Notes: a model not told the origin generated them from the letters alone. Positions 41,108 through 56,054 are shown, counted from the stretch's first letter. The stretch is 64,000 nucleotides of DNA from Octopus vulgaris (GCA_951406725.2 OX597825.1:71920001-71984000); one strand, 5' to 3'. Numbers and translations are program-made.

Positions 41108-41482
41108 ATGTATGTATGTATGTATGTATGTATGTATGTATGTATGTATGTATGTATATATATATGTATGTATATATGTATATATATATATTTATATATA
41201 GATGTGTGTATTTTTCCCTTGTTAACAATTAACAGGAAAAATAGATAAATAGTTACCAGGGTAGCAAAAAATCATACAAAATCACCATTTTATTCCTTTG
41301 GAATAATACCAGTGATATCTTCGAAACATATGTCGCAAGTAAAAGAATTTGAATAATGCCTAGCCGAAATTGCGAGGATGATCTGGTTCTTGACTGAAGA
41401 TTAGAGGCTTCGAATGATCCGTCCGTGTTTTTTGTATCGTCTTTTCGAATGTTTTGCGTTCTTGTCCCATTTTGTATTTTTA

Positions 41483-41529
<47 letters not shown>

Positions 41530-41609
41530 TATATTATATATATATATATGTATGCGTATATGTGTGTATGCGTGTGCGTGTTTGTGTATGTATGTAGACT
41601 TGTACGTGC

Positions 41610-41641
<32 letters not shown>

Positions 41642-42278
41642 GCGTATATATGTCTGTCTGTCTGCCTGTCCGTCCATCTGTGCGTATGCAATGCATGCAT
41701 GTATGTATGTTTGTATGTATGTATGTACATACACATATGTGTGTGTGAATGTATCCTGGATTTAAGTGCGTTATTCTCTTAAAGAGAAGCTATCACACTA
41801 TCACAATGTCGAATACATTAGCTAAAAGCCAATCGATCGCAGATGAAAGAAATTCTTTCACAACAAATATCCGACTGTATTTTGGTAAATTTAAAACTAT
41901 TTAGCTGATAGATGTAGAACACATAATACCTATAGGTAGTGTATTTGCCCTGGGCTGATATTGGATTCTGAAACCTGTTCAATGTCGTTCACGGAAGGAT
42001 CATTGCTGCAAGAATACAATCTTACACCTCATTATAGTTATTATGCTGGTTTGATCGATATCCTATATTTTCTATTACTTATGTCCCTCTGTCATTCATT
42101 CATTCTTACTTTCCTTTTTTTCTTTCTTCCTTTCTTTCTTTCTTCCGTTTTCTTCCCTTTTTTTCTATTCTTTCTTCGTTTTTCTTGTATTTTCCTCCCG
42201 ACACCTTATCATGAATGTAACAACCTCTTTGCACATAAACGTTTGCAGCTATTTATCCCTCTGTCCGTCTCCGTCTGT

Positions 42279-42360
<82 letters not shown>

Positions 42361-42445
42361 CTGTCTGCCTGTCTCTCTGCCTGTCTCTCTATTTATCTCT
42401 CTCTCTCTCTCTCTCTATCTATCTGTCAATCTATCTATCTATCTT

Positions 42446-42533
<88 letters not shown>

Positions 42534-42568
42534 ACTATCTGTCCTCGTCTGTCTGCCTGTCTCTCTAT

Positions 42569-42667
<99 letters not shown>

Positions 42668-42702
42668 AAACTATCTATCTATCTATATGTCTGTCTGTCT
42701 GC

Positions 42703-42764
<62 letters not shown>

Positions 42765-43208
42765 GTCTGTCTGTCTGTCTGTCTATATGAATGTATGTAT
42801 GTTTGTCTATCTGTCCTACACTCACACACACACACACATACACATGCACACACATACACAGCAATCTCTCTATCTCTCTATTTTCTCAGTATCTTACTTT
42901 CATACTCAAACACTACCCTGACCGTACACTTCATTGTTTTTCGTCTTTCTTTTCCTCCCATTTCCGTAATTTAATCCTTTGCATTTTCCTTTCATTCTCT
43001 CATCATCCAGATCTCCATATCGGAATATATTATAGACTATCGTTGTTAACATGAAAGAAAAATATGGTGGGTGTAAAAACCGTCTCTCCTTTTATGTTTG
43101 TATGTATGTATGGTATATGTGTATGTGTGCTTGCGTGTGCGAGTATGTATGTGTGCATGTATGGTGTATATATGCATTAATATAACTAGCAAGCTATCTG
43201 TGCGCAAT

Positions 43209-43258
<50 letters not shown>

Positions 43259-43259
<1 letters not shown>

Positions 43260-43409
43260 GACAGGCTTCTTTCAGTTTCCGTCTGCCAAATACAGTCACA
43301 AGGCTTTGGTCGGCCTGAGGTTATAGTAGAAGACAGTTGCCCAAGGAACCACACAGTGGAATTGAAACCAGAACCATGTGGTTGGGAAGCAAGCTTCTTA
43401 CCCCACAGT
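43259..43409 (-). mobile_element. SINE family 1, 5' half
   Basis: GGCTTCTTTCAGTTTCCGTC...GAACCATGTGGTTGGGAAGCAAGCTTCTTACC. Confidence 0.85.
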
Positions 43410-43533
<124 letters not shown>

Positions 43534-43539
43534 CTAGAA

Positions 43540-44965
43540 ATATGATTCAAAAAGAAAACAGAAACTACACGTAGAAATGATATGGGGAAAGTAAGAAGAA
43601 AACAAGTGAAAATGCACATTCGATATAAAAAAATGAGGGCCTTTTTATGAAAAGTAACGATAAATATATACAAGTAGATGAACTGAGGTAGAATTAAGAG
43701 AAATAAAAGCCATTATTTTCAATTGTTAATGAGATTCAAAGTCATACCGGTATCGGAATGAGCACCGATTTCCAAACGGTGTCGGGTCACCTAGTCCCTG
43801 AGTAAAAAGATTATTTGTAAGGGAGGTAAGTATTTCTGGATGTGGAGCAATTAGGGTAGATATAATACTGTAATATGAATGGTGTATGGGATGTATGGGA
43901 GTTAGTGGTATTATTGGTAAGGTTAGTAGCGTTCTGTATTATGTTATGTGTTCATGTTAAGTTGTGGATGATATTTATTGATGAAAGTTGCCTCTTTATT
44001 CATTCTTTGCTATACTGAGGTGTTCTGTGAACATTGATAGAAGGAGAAATTAGGATTAAGATTCCTAGCACACCTTTCAATGTGTTCGCTGACCTGTATC
44101 TGTCTGTATTGTGGGTGGCGGATTTGCTCTTTGTGAAGTGCGGTTCTTCGACGGAGTGATATTCCTGTTTGGCCAATTACCCTAAGCAGGTAATGGCATA
44201 GAGTAAGTTTTCCGAGGTACGGGTGAAATTTGAGTTAATCATAAATATTTCACCTTGTTTAAAGTGGAACTCTGTACCCTCCAAAAGGTGAGGGCATGTA
44301 CCACAGTTAGGCCGACCGCATTTTTTCACTTTTGATTTCGTAGTTAATGGATATAATCTTGCGCTGGTTAATATTTTCTTCAATGATTTCGGTTGCATTT
44401 TGCTCTTGATAATTTAAAGTTTGGTGTACTATTTTGGCTGACTTCCTTGAGGTTCGTATGTCTATTTCCTTTGCTCGTTTAATCCCATCAATTATTTATG
44501 ATGTTGGGTAATGTCTCTTGATTATTATTGATCTGAGTTCAAGGAGTCTTCGCTCACGAGTATTGGTGTCCGAAACTGGCACAGATTCTTTTCGCTAGAT
44601 TAGAGGGGAGATTCATTTTTATGTATTTGGGGTGGCATGAGTTGAATAATAAGTATTGTTTAGAATCTGTGGATTTATAGAAGATGTCCATTTCGATGTG
44701 GTTATTGACTATTTTAATTAGGATGTCAAGAAAAGGGAGTTGTTTATTGTTGCGTTCCATGGTGAATTGTATGTTGCTATTGATATTGTTGAGCATTATT
44801 TTGAAATCAAGGAGTTTGTTCATGCTATCTTTCCAAAGTATAAAGCAATCATCTAAATACCTCTTCCAGTTCTCCTTTAAATAGCAATGAAATGAGGTGC
44901 CATATTTCTGTAGTGATGATTGGTATATGTTAAGTTCTATGTAACCCATTACAAGATACACAATC
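43540..44965 (-). mobile_element. Penelope-like element, 5'-truncated: RT C-terminal half plus GIY-YIG endonuclease
   Basis: WKRYLDDCF, IQFTME..LPFLDILI, FYKSTDSKQYL.FNSCHP, CGRPNCGTC, NLLYAITC, IGQTG..RRTALH..HI. Confidence 0.92.
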
Positions 44966-45169
44966 ACTAGGTCAGCTCCCTGACACTTGGCCTCTCCCAT
45001 GTGCAGGTCACTTTCGAGGCAGACCCCACTCAAGCGGAGCAGGGAACCCCAACGGTGGACCCGGGGCAAATTGGCCACGCATCAGAGTCCCTACTTTTGG
45101 TGACCGCAGCCACCCCCTGGACCGAGTCCCAACGCCCGAGCAGAACGTTAATGGGTGAATGGGACCCTG

Positions 45170-45560
45170 GGGTAATTTTCGAGATGTTTTGTTTTGTATG
45201 GGGAAACCACAGGGGGCAGCAGTATTCGAAGTATGGCCGTACAAAAGTGGGGAAAAGATGAATGCTGACACCTTATATGGACCGGAAGGTTTTTAAGATC
45301 CAAGATCAAATCTTACGAGCTATATCGACTTTTTTGTTGATGTGGGCACTCTAGCTAAGAGTGTTATCAACAATTACATCTCGGTCTCTGATATTAGTAT
45401 ATGTTGTGAGCGGTTCCCCTGAAGGAAGAGAGTTTGACTGTTATAGCATAGTCTTTCTTCCAAAATGCATCAGCTCAAATTTTCCTTCGCTTAGATGCAT
45501 TTTGTTTTGGTTTGCCCATTTACTCACAGTATGTAGATCAGACTGGAGTTCGGTCTTCTT
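45170..45560 (-). mobile_element. CR1/L2-like LINE RT fragment
   Basis: Minus-strand peptides DLHTVSKWANQNKMHLSEGKFELMHFG and VRPYFEYCCPLWFP. Confidence 0.75.
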
Positions 45561-45640
45561 CTTCATTGATAATTTCATTGATAATTATATAAATGATATA
45601 TAAGTGTGTGTGTGTGTATTAATGTACATATATACATTTA

Positions 45641-45710
<70 letters not shown>

Positions 45711-45759
45711 TGTATGTATGTATGTATGTATGTATGTATGCATATATGTTATGGCAGTG

Positions 45760-45942
45760 CGCAGGCAGGATCGTTAGCACGCCGGGCAATATGCTTGACG
45801 GCATTTCGCCTGTCTTTATATCCTGAATTCAAATTCCGCCGAGGTCGACTTTGCCTTTTATTCTTTCGGTGTCGATAAAATATGAACCAGAGTCAACTTA
45901 CACCCTGCCCTGAAATTGCTGGCCTTGTGTAGAAATTTGAAA
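45760..45942 (+). mobile_element. SINE family 2, diverged
   Basis: GGCAGGATCGTTAGCACGCCGGGC...TTCAAATTCCGCCGAGGTCGACTTTGCC. Confidence 0.75.
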
Positions 45943-46004
<62 letters not shown>

Positions 46005-46378
46005 TGTATGTATGTATGTATGTATGTATGTATGTATGTATGTATGTATGCATGTATGTATGTATGTATGTTTAATTTCGCGAGCATCTACTTGGTACTT
46101 ACGGTCTTCCATCTAGAGTATATATGTGTATATTTGATGAAGACATCTGATAAATATGTATTGCAAGTTAAATGTCCGCCATGTTAAGACACAGACCACT
46201 GGTTTTATGAGAGATGTCTCTTGTCATGGTAACGATTTAGTGTATGAAGGAGTGGGTATTACATGTATGCATATAGATATATATATATGTGTGTATGTCT
46301 TTATGTGTGTGTGTTTTTGTGTGTTTGTATATAAATATATATATATCTATGTATATGTATATATATGAATATATCGTT

Positions 46379-46422
<44 letters not shown>

Positions 46423-46658
46423 TACATACATGTATATATGTTTGTGTTTATGTATGTGTATGTATGTATGTATGTATGTATGTATGTATGTATGTATGTA
46501 TGTATGTAGGAATGAATTGATAAATGGCGGTGTGTACTTATGTGTGTTTGAAACTATTGGCAAAACTTTGCAGTCGTTGTTAACTCCTTCCTTATAAAAT
46601 GTCAGTATGATACTCTTAAATGTGTCCAATGATCCCTGAATGAAGGTTTGATTGTTGT

Positions 46659-46723
<65 letters not shown>

Positions 46724-46727
<4 letters not shown>

Positions 46728-46865
46728 CGCTTGAGAGGCGGTTGGATGGAACCTACACTCGCCTCCTTATGAGAGCTCAAAATCTCTCGTGGAAGCGCCA
46801 TCCAACCAAAATGCAAATATATGGGAAACTACCACCTGTGTCGAACAATGATGATGATGATGATG

Positions 46866-46905
<40 letters not shown>

Positions 46906-47278
46906 CGCTTGAGAGGCGGTGGGATGGAACCTACACTCGCCTCCTTATGAGAGCTCAAAATCTCTCGTGGAAGCGCCATCCAACCAAAATGCAAACATAT
47001 GGGAAACTACCACCTGTGTCATTCTCTTGTGAAAGGCAAGAGAGTCCAGTTTGCTGGACATTGTTGTAGAGCTGAAAGAGAAGTAATTTCTACTCTTCTC
47101 CTCTGGAAGCCATCTACTCGCAATACCAGAGGGCGCACACTCCCCTACCCTAATGTAATCTCCAGGGATACAGGCATCCAGCAACAGGACCTCCGTAATG
47201 CCATGATGGACCGTGAAGTCTGGCGTAGCATGGTAAATTCCATTGTCTCGACCACGGTCGAACAATGATGATAATGAT
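46724..47278 (+). mobile_element. Two tandem RTE-clade 3' fragments within (GT)n; the first lacks 239 bp internally
   Basis: [49 protein letters not shown]; (ATG)n tails; both copies start GAGGCGCTTGAGAGG. Confidence 0.88.
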
Positions 47279-47288
47279 GTGTGTGTGT

Positions 47289-47333
<45 letters not shown>

Positions 47334-48540
47334 TATATGTATATATATGTATATATGGAAAAATGCGCGCAAGAGAAATAATATTCTTAAGTTTATATTA
47401 CAGTAAAAGCTACTTATAACAAGAAATTCACAGTAAAATTTCCTTGAGTTATTGCCTAAGATATTATCAAGTCTTCACATTTTTAGTTTTGATCCAATGC
47501 ATATTTTTTTACATAAGGAATTTGCCTACCATATTTACTATTCTACTTTGCAGAAAGCTTTAGCTATATTGGTACTTCTGACTTTCATTTTTTAAGAATT
47601 CTAGTGTGCCAATATTTTAACAAAATGATCGTACCTCTTTTAAATCAAATAATTTTTAGAATTCCAATTGTATCCTTAGCTGCAATATTTTAAGTAAAGA
47701 TTTTCTTGTTCTGTACTTTACTAGCTGTAATAACTTGTCCTGAACATTTCCATGTTTATAATCTTAAGAATATTATTTCTCTTGATCGCATTTTTCCATG
47801 TAATCCATGTTTTTATCCAGGCTATGCTATTATGCTAATTAATAATGTGTGAAATGTGTCAATTAGTGGTGACGTTGATAATTTTTTTCCTTACCTCAAT
47901 GACATATATTAAAAGTCCTTAATAGAACTATATTCAGAATAAAAAGTATAGAACTATATTATCACCCTCAAATTTGAGAAACAAACACTCATGACTTATT
48001 TCTTTTAAAATTTCATTGCATGAGATTGATACCATGAAATTCCTCGAATTGTGCTCTATAATTTATGCTTAATAAAATATAGTTTGTTTTTAAAATAAAA
48101 AAGTTAATTATAGTTAAATCTTATTTTTACCTTAATTTCTTTTTCATAATACTTTATCTCACAACTTTTATGATGCAAATATTTGTTGCATGGGTCTAAA
48201 ACTACGAAATTCTTCTTGCTTTCTGCTATCATTGAAGCTAAGATATATATATTTCGCTTTTAAAATAAAAAAAAAAGCTATTTAGATCTAAACTTGTTTG
48301 GAGGTGTTACTTAGTCTCCTATAACGTTGCTACAAATTTTGATGTAAACCTTTTTCTGCTGGACCAAATCTCAATTTTCTTTATGCCAAAATGTAGCTAG
48401 GGACTAGTCCTCTTCAAAAATATTAACAGTTTTTGAATTTAATTAAGAACTGAATTAGCGACAAGCTCTGAAAGATGGTGTGTGGGGGTAAATTGCGGCC
48501 TTAAGAATTTGATTCGACTACTACCATAGTTGAACGATAT

Positions 48541-48685
<145 letters not shown>

Positions 48686-49317
48686 GGGAGAGAGAGAAAG
48701 ACAGACAGATACAAACATACATACAGACACACACACATATACACAGCTCACATGCATGTCTATATAGGCATTGCCCTAAATCATTACTTTACGCACCAGA
48801 AGTGAAAGTAACAAAATAGAAATGATGATTGAAATAAACGCTGGATGAAGTTAAATACATTTCAAAAATACAATAGGAAAACTCAGCTCATACAGGAAAC
48901 TATAGGAAACAAACATTAGTAAAGGCTTGTGTTATTGTTTATCTGAATAAAATAGGGATGAAGCAACATAATAATTGGAAGAATAGAAGCGACGTCCGGG
49001 AAAGCGCTGTTCAGTGAATGGCGGTGTTTAACTGAAGGCGTGGATCATTGTATGTATGGAAGACCAACAGAAACTCTAAACTTCATGTCCTCTTTTGTGA
49101 CGACGAAAAATGGAATAATGAATTGGAATGACACGTAATGACAATTGAGTTAAGCGAGAAAGTGATTAACACCTAAAGTGGAAACAATTACACCAATATC
49201 AACAGCAAAAACAAGAACAACAACAACAACAACAACAACAACAGAATAACAACAATAATAATGATGATGATGATGATGATGATGATGATGTTAATAATGA
49301 TAATAATGATGATGATG

Positions 49318-49374
<57 letters not shown>

Positions 49375-49496
49375 GCAACAACAACACATGGTTTGAACGA
49401 ATAAAAAATAAAAGAACGTATATGTATATACATACATATCAACAAACATATGTGTGTGTGTATGTGTGTGTGTATGTATTTGTGTGTGTGCATATG

Positions 49497-49607
<111 letters not shown>

Positions 49608-49811
49608 TTTGGCTCGCCACAAGGGCGCAAATGGATGGAACTTTACTAATAAAATAGACAAAATAATTTAAAATGAAATACATTGAAATAAAATAAAACG
49701 AATAAATTATGGGGTTAAATTGTAAATTACTTCCCCAGGCAATATTTCTTTTTTACTTCGCTTTAATGGAAGCATGACTAAATCTTAGTAAAACAGAAGC
49801 AACCGCTTTGT

Positions 49812-49855
<44 letters not shown>

Positions 49856-49938
49856 TAATAATAATAATAATAATAACGATAATAATAATAATAATAATAA
49901 TGATAATAATGATAATAATGATGATGATAATAATGATG

Positions 49939-50014
<76 letters not shown>

Positions 50015-50745
50015 AAATAATAATGATAATAATGATAATAATAATAATGATAACAATAATAAAACCCTTAACAAAAGAACACAATAATAAAATATCAAGA
50101 GCAATTAAGACCTCAAGGCATAAAATGATGCTATTTTAGTAAGAATACTTAGAAATGCAGGCAATTTCTCCGTCCGTTCACGCAAGTATCCGGTAAACTG
50201 TCCTTATATACAAATATATATATATATGCATATATATATATATATATATATACATATGCTTATATATATATACAGTCAAGGAAACATGCATGCATGCATC
50301 CATCCATAGATACATACATACATAATAAAGACATCCATCCATCCATACATACATACATACATACATACATACATACATACATACATACATACATACATAC
50401 ATACATACATACATACATACATGCATGCATATGCTGTGCGTATGTGTGGGTCCTCATTTAAGTCGCGAGAGGCGATGTGAGTAACATCGTACGCGACATG
50501 TTAACTTTAACAAGAAGCATGCAGTGGACGCCATTTCTATACTGGAAAAGCCCGTCAAACGGTTATTGTTATCGAATTTAATAATTCTATGAACACTTTC
50601 AGAACATTGCTATAACATCTGTATCATACTATTAGTCGGTAACTGGTATCTAACTCTGTCTGTCATTTGATCTCAATGAGCGATTTCCATAAAATATGAG
50701 TTAAACAAAAGCTGAACGAAATATCATTAAAACTGCAATGAAAGC

Positions 50746-50838
<93 letters not shown>

Positions 50839-50854
50839 TAGTGGTTGTGGTGGT

Positions 50855-50962
50855 GATGAAAGGGTAAGTCGACCTCGACGGAATTTGAACTCAGAACGTA
50901 AAGACGGACGAAATGCCGCTAAGCATTTTGTCAAGAGTGTAAACGATTCTGCCAGCTCGCCA
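50855..50962 (-). mobile_element. SINE family 2, 5' part
   Basis: GTCGACCTCGACGGAATTTGAACTCAGAACG...CTGCCAGCTCGCC. Confidence 0.8.
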
Positions 50963-51634
50963 ATGATAATAGTTATAATGATTTCAAGTTTTAGGGCAAG
51001 GCCAGTAATTTGGGTGGCAATTGGTAAGTCGATTACATCTACCCCAGTGTTCAACTGGTACTTATCGTATCAACCATGAAAAGATAGAAAGCAAAGTCGA
51101 CCTCTCGTCCTTTCGGGGTCGATAAAATAAGTAACAGTTGTGTACTGTGATGCATGAAATCGAATAAACTCTTCCTTGAAATTCATGATCTCGTGCCAAA
51201 ACATGAAACTAATATTCTTTCTACCAATTTTACACCTTGTCTATTCATATTTGGTGGCATAAGACAATGTTACCATTGTAGTAGTTGCCACTATTGCTAA
51301 ATCGCCGGGAGAAAATGGCTTCTGATATTAAATTACTTGTCACTACGCTCTGGGGTCAAAACCTATTAGAGATCTTCAGTAAGTTCTGGGGTAAAAATGA
51401 CTGAATAAATATGTTTAAAATGCGTGCACCATCGTGACTGCAGTCCAAAAACAGCAGAGTGTAAGTAGAAATATTTTTCAAACGCGCCCGCACAACCACA
51501 CACATACACACACACACTTATGTATATATGTATGTATGAATGTATGTATGTATGAATGTATGTATGTATGTATGTATGTATGTATGTATGTATGTATGTA
51601 TGTATGCGTATATATATATATATATATATATACG

Positions 51635-51714
<80 letters not shown>

Positions 51715-51769
51715 ATATGAGTGGACATATATACACATACACACATACATACATACATACATACATACA

Positions 51770-51801
<32 letters not shown>

Positions 51802-52073
51802 AAACTGAATAATGACATATATATAATGTACGTACATGCCATCGATATCGAGATAAAGCAATGAACTGTAGTCTACGGGACGATAAGTATGATTGAACTT
51901 TAGATAAATGTATAATGGCGGCTTCAGTTGGAAATTTTTACTGTAAGGCAGACGACATGAAATGAATAATCGTAAGGTAAATCTGATAATACCTTTTTTC
52001 GTGTAGACGATATTATCAGATTAGGCTACGCTTGTACTCAAGAAGACACAGCTTCATATGAACATATACATAC

Positions 52074-52113
<40 letters not shown>

Positions 52114-52166
52114 ATTATGTGTATATATATATATGTATGTACTTAAGAAGACACAGCTTCATGTGA

Positions 52167-52215
<49 letters not shown>

Positions 52216-52250
52216 CATATTATATGTATGTATATATGTATATATATGTG

Positions 52251-52314
<64 letters not shown>

Positions 52315-52473
52315 CATATATATATGCAGGTATCTATCTATATATCCTTTTGTATATCCATGTATATATACATGCATATACATATATATAAATATATATA
52401 TCTATATAAAGTATATATACATACACATATACACATATATGCATGTGTGTGCATGTATGCATATATATATATA

Positions 52474-52857
52474 CTAGCAGTATCGCCCGGCGTTGCTCAG
52501 GTTTGTAAGGGAAATAACTATAAAGCATTTTTAGAGAGTTATAGCCAAAAAATAGCAAAAAAATGGAAAAAAATGATGGTAAATTTTTTTTGAGATTTAA
52601 AAAAGGTGGAGTTGCGTCCCCTAGACAGTTTGTTGTTCGTGTTTCTGATTCTCGACCCCATGTCGAATTTATCGATTTTTTTCAGAAATGGGGGAACTTT
52701 TCAAAATTTTCGCTGCGTTAGTTTTGAATTATGACATTGGACTATGTGTGTGTCAAGTTTCATCAGAATCGGTTGAAAGCCGTGGTCAGAGTGAGGGTAC
52801 AAGCAAACAGACACACAGAAACACGCACAGACAAACTGCCGTTTATATATAGAGAGA
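52474..52857 (-). mobile_element. Non-autonomous Helitron (Lep1-like architecture), apparently complete
   Basis: Minus strand reads A|TC...CTAG|T; subterminal hairpin (plus strand CCCGGCGTTGCTCAGG); AAGTTTCATCAGAATCGG box and ACAGACA repeats near the 5' end; no TSD. Confidence 0.75.
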
Positions 52858-52867
52858 TATATGTATG

Positions 52868-52915
<48 letters not shown>

Positions 52916-52995
52916 TGTATCTATCTATATATCCTTTTGTATATCCATGTATATATACATGCATATATATAAATATAAATATATATCTATATAAA

Positions 52996-53037
<42 letters not shown>

Positions 53038-53044
53038 TGTAAGC

Positions 53045-53402
53045 TACACCAATGCTAGAACGGGACGACACTGCATAGTGCCAAAGATCCCAGCAATGCC
53101 ATCACGCTTCAGGACCAGCTTCTGCAACAGCGTAGGTTTCAAGGGCCCACAGCTTTTTAATTTTCTCCCAAAGAGTCTGAGGAACTTGCACAATGTAGAT
53201 GTAGCGGTTTTTAAATCAAAGCTGGACATCTTCCTGTCGAGAGTCCCAGATGAACCTACCTCACGGCAAGAGGTGCAAATGAGAGGAGCTATATCAAACT
53301 CCATTCTTCACCAAGTGCCACATATTAGACGAGGTTCTTCGCAATAACAGTGTAGCACAAAACGGCGGTGCATCAGCATGGCCGCAGCTCTGAGCTGAAA
53401 AT
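53045..53402 (+). mobile_element. CR1/L2-like LINE 3' end (ORF2 C-terminus plus short 3' UTR)
   Basis: NSVGFKGPQLFNFLPKSLRNL..FKSKLDIFLSRVPDEP; UTR GGCGGTGCATCAGCATGGCCGCAGCTCTGAGCTGAAA. Confidence 0.82.
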
Positions 53403-53641
53403 AGAGAAAAAAAATATACATACACATATACACATATATGCATGTGTGTATGTATGTGTGTGTGTGTGTTTCTGCCTGTGTTTGTGTTTGTACATCCCCG
53501 CAACTTTGTGGTTCGGCAAAAGAGACGGGTAGATTAAGTAACAGACTTTTACAAAAGAACTGGAGACGATTTGTTCGATTAAATCCCGTCCAGGCGCCAG
53601 ATCGCAGTCCATTAACTAAAACGAGTAAAAGATAATAAGGG

Positions 53642-53676
<35 letters not shown>

Positions 53677-54119
53677 AACAAAAACGCAGTAGAGGGCATT
53701 AAAACGTTCGGACAGATAGACGACACAAAGACAGACAACAGAAACAATTAGAAGGACAGTAAAAAAAGACGGGTTATTCTTAGCTTTCTTTCTTCAGGCA
53801 AGTACCAGAAGTCACGACCATTTCGGACAGTTATATTTGAGACGGTTCGATCTGGTTGTCCCCAAAAATGTCTAAGCTAAGAGCATTAGACCTCTTTGTA
53901 AGAAAGGCAGCGTACGGCAACAAAGAGAAAAAACAAATAAACAAAAATCAGAGAACGTGGTACAGAATTATGAATGCAAACAACAGGCATCTTTCGACTG
54001 AGAACGATTCAAATTGGGCTGGCATGTATGGAGTGAAAGCCTAAAGGTAGGAACATGGGAGATGGGCACAAGACGGACACTTTATTTCACGTTGCTCTGC
54101 GATCTATTCGACACCTGAC

Positions 54120-54643
54120 GCGTCTCAGACACGGTCACAGTCTCAACATGGAGGCCTACATCAAGTGCCTGGAGGTGGTAGTGCTACTTTGGATCAAGGG
54201 GGTAGTTGCTAGAAGACCTTATGTCAGACAACAGGACTCTGCACCATGCCACACAAGCAGGAGAACCCAGTCATGGCTGCCAAACAATTTCTGCGACTAC
54301 ATCACCTCTAACATCTGGCCACCTAATTCCCCAGGCTGCAACCCTCTTGATTATTATGTGTGGGGCGCATTTGAACGAGAGACCATCATGACTCCTTGTA
54401 ACGCCAAAGATAAAATGAAGGCAAGGATTATGACAGCATTCACCAATTTAAATAAGAAGAACTGCAGGAGATTCCGAAGTCGTCTGGAGGCCATGGTTGA
54501 AGCCAATGGCGATTTTATTGAATAGATTTACTCTTGTATTTCAAGATATTTTTATGTAATTTTGGCAAATATATCTATTAAAATGAGATCTGAATGTTAT
54601 TTTCATTTTTGCGTAATTTAGACAAGTTATTCACTGCACTCTG
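54120..54643 (+). mobile_element. Tc1/mariner-superfamily remnant (maT/DD37D-like) with right end
   Basis: QQDSAPCHTS, WPPNSPGCNPLDYYVWG, CRRFRSRLEAMVEANG; ends CACTCTG followed by TA. Confidence 0.85.
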
Positions 54644-54719
54644 TACACACACACACAAACACACACACAAACAGAGACACACACACAAACATACACACAT
54701 ACATACATACATACATACA

Positions 54720-54816
<97 letters not shown>

Positions 54817-55119
54817 AATAACACTTATTAATCCGAGGGGAGGCAATGTGAGTAGCAACTAAAGGAAGATTACAAAATCCGCAGAAAGATCAAACACATA
54901 CATATATTCATATATTCATTTATATCTACAGAACAGATATAAAGTCCGACGTTTAAATACATAAATATATAAACATCATATAAAACTATATAAATATATA
55001 AGAATCAATGTTGCATTTATGTTGAATTTAAGCGTAAATTCAACGTGTTATATATTAAGCAATCCACGGAGCCAATAAAATCTGAAGAATGGGTACTTTT
55101 GCCGTCGTACTGTGGCAAA

Positions 55120-55171
55120 CGTGTGGCCAGGGTGCGAGTTGGTCCGCGGACCACCGCTTTGATTAGCACTG
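55120..55171 (+). mobile_element. hAT/Charlie-like MITE right end
   Basis: GGTCCGCGGACCAC...TTTGATTAGCACTG resembles MER5/MER20-type termini; no left end identified. Confidence 0.35.
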
Positions 55172-55613
55172 GTTTAGAATACATTTGAGGCTTTAAGTTT
55201 AATCAGTTGGAACTCAAGTATTGCTTGCTACTCTGATGACTTTGATTAGCGATGCTTCATTGCATTGGATGGTTGCGCGTTTGGTTTGGAGTGATTGATC
55301 TTCGATGCTACCTAATTCTACGTCATTTCGTTCTCACCTTTTGCCTCTTCGTACTTCCTCTTCTACTTCCTCTTCAGCTTCTTCTTTTCTTCCTGCTTTA
55401 TCACAGTGTCGTGTAATCATCTGTAGCAGAAGTTAACTGACCATGCAACGGCGTATGTATGTATGTATTTTGTCCTATGTATGAATGTGTGTATGTGTGT
55501 GTATGTATGTATGTGTGTGTATGTGTGTGTGTATGTATGTATGTATGTATTATGTATGTATGTATGTATGTATGTATGTATTATGTATGTATGTATGTAT
55601 GTATGTATGTATG

Positions 55614-55644
<31 letters not shown>

Positions 55645-55874
55645 TGTATGTATTTATGTATGTATGTATGCATGTATGTATGTATGTATGTATGTATGTA
55701 TGTATGTATGTGAGTGTGTGTGTTTCATGTATGAATGTATGTATGCATGCATGTATATTATATATGTATGTATAAATACTTACAGACACATACGTACATG
55801 TATATATATATTTACATATAAATGTTTACCTATACACACATACATGCATATAAAGATATATATATATATGTATG

Positions 55875-55930
<56 letters not shown>

Positions 55931-55979
55931 ATACACGCAGAAAAGCACGAACACGTTCTCACTAACATATATTTGTGTG

Positions 55980-56021
<42 letters not shown>

Positions 56022-56023
56022 TG

Positions 56024-56054
<31 letters not shown>

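Noticed and set aside
41310-41420. GAAACATATGTC and CCGAAA...CTGAAGA motifs (similar at ~53780-53830 on minus and ~28070-28095) as hammerheads
   Set aside because: Core halves are in the wrong order or lack pairable stems I and II; possibly decayed Penelope ends, but not supportable
43740-43800. Expected hammerhead downstream of the Penelope ORF
   Set aside because: A CACCG/CGGTG hairpin and an ACCGGT palindrome are present, but no intact CUGANGA or GAAA core
47360-48530. 1.2-kb AT-rich, microsatellite-free block
   Set aside because: No ORF or motif I can assign; probably a very old element, needs a repeat-library search
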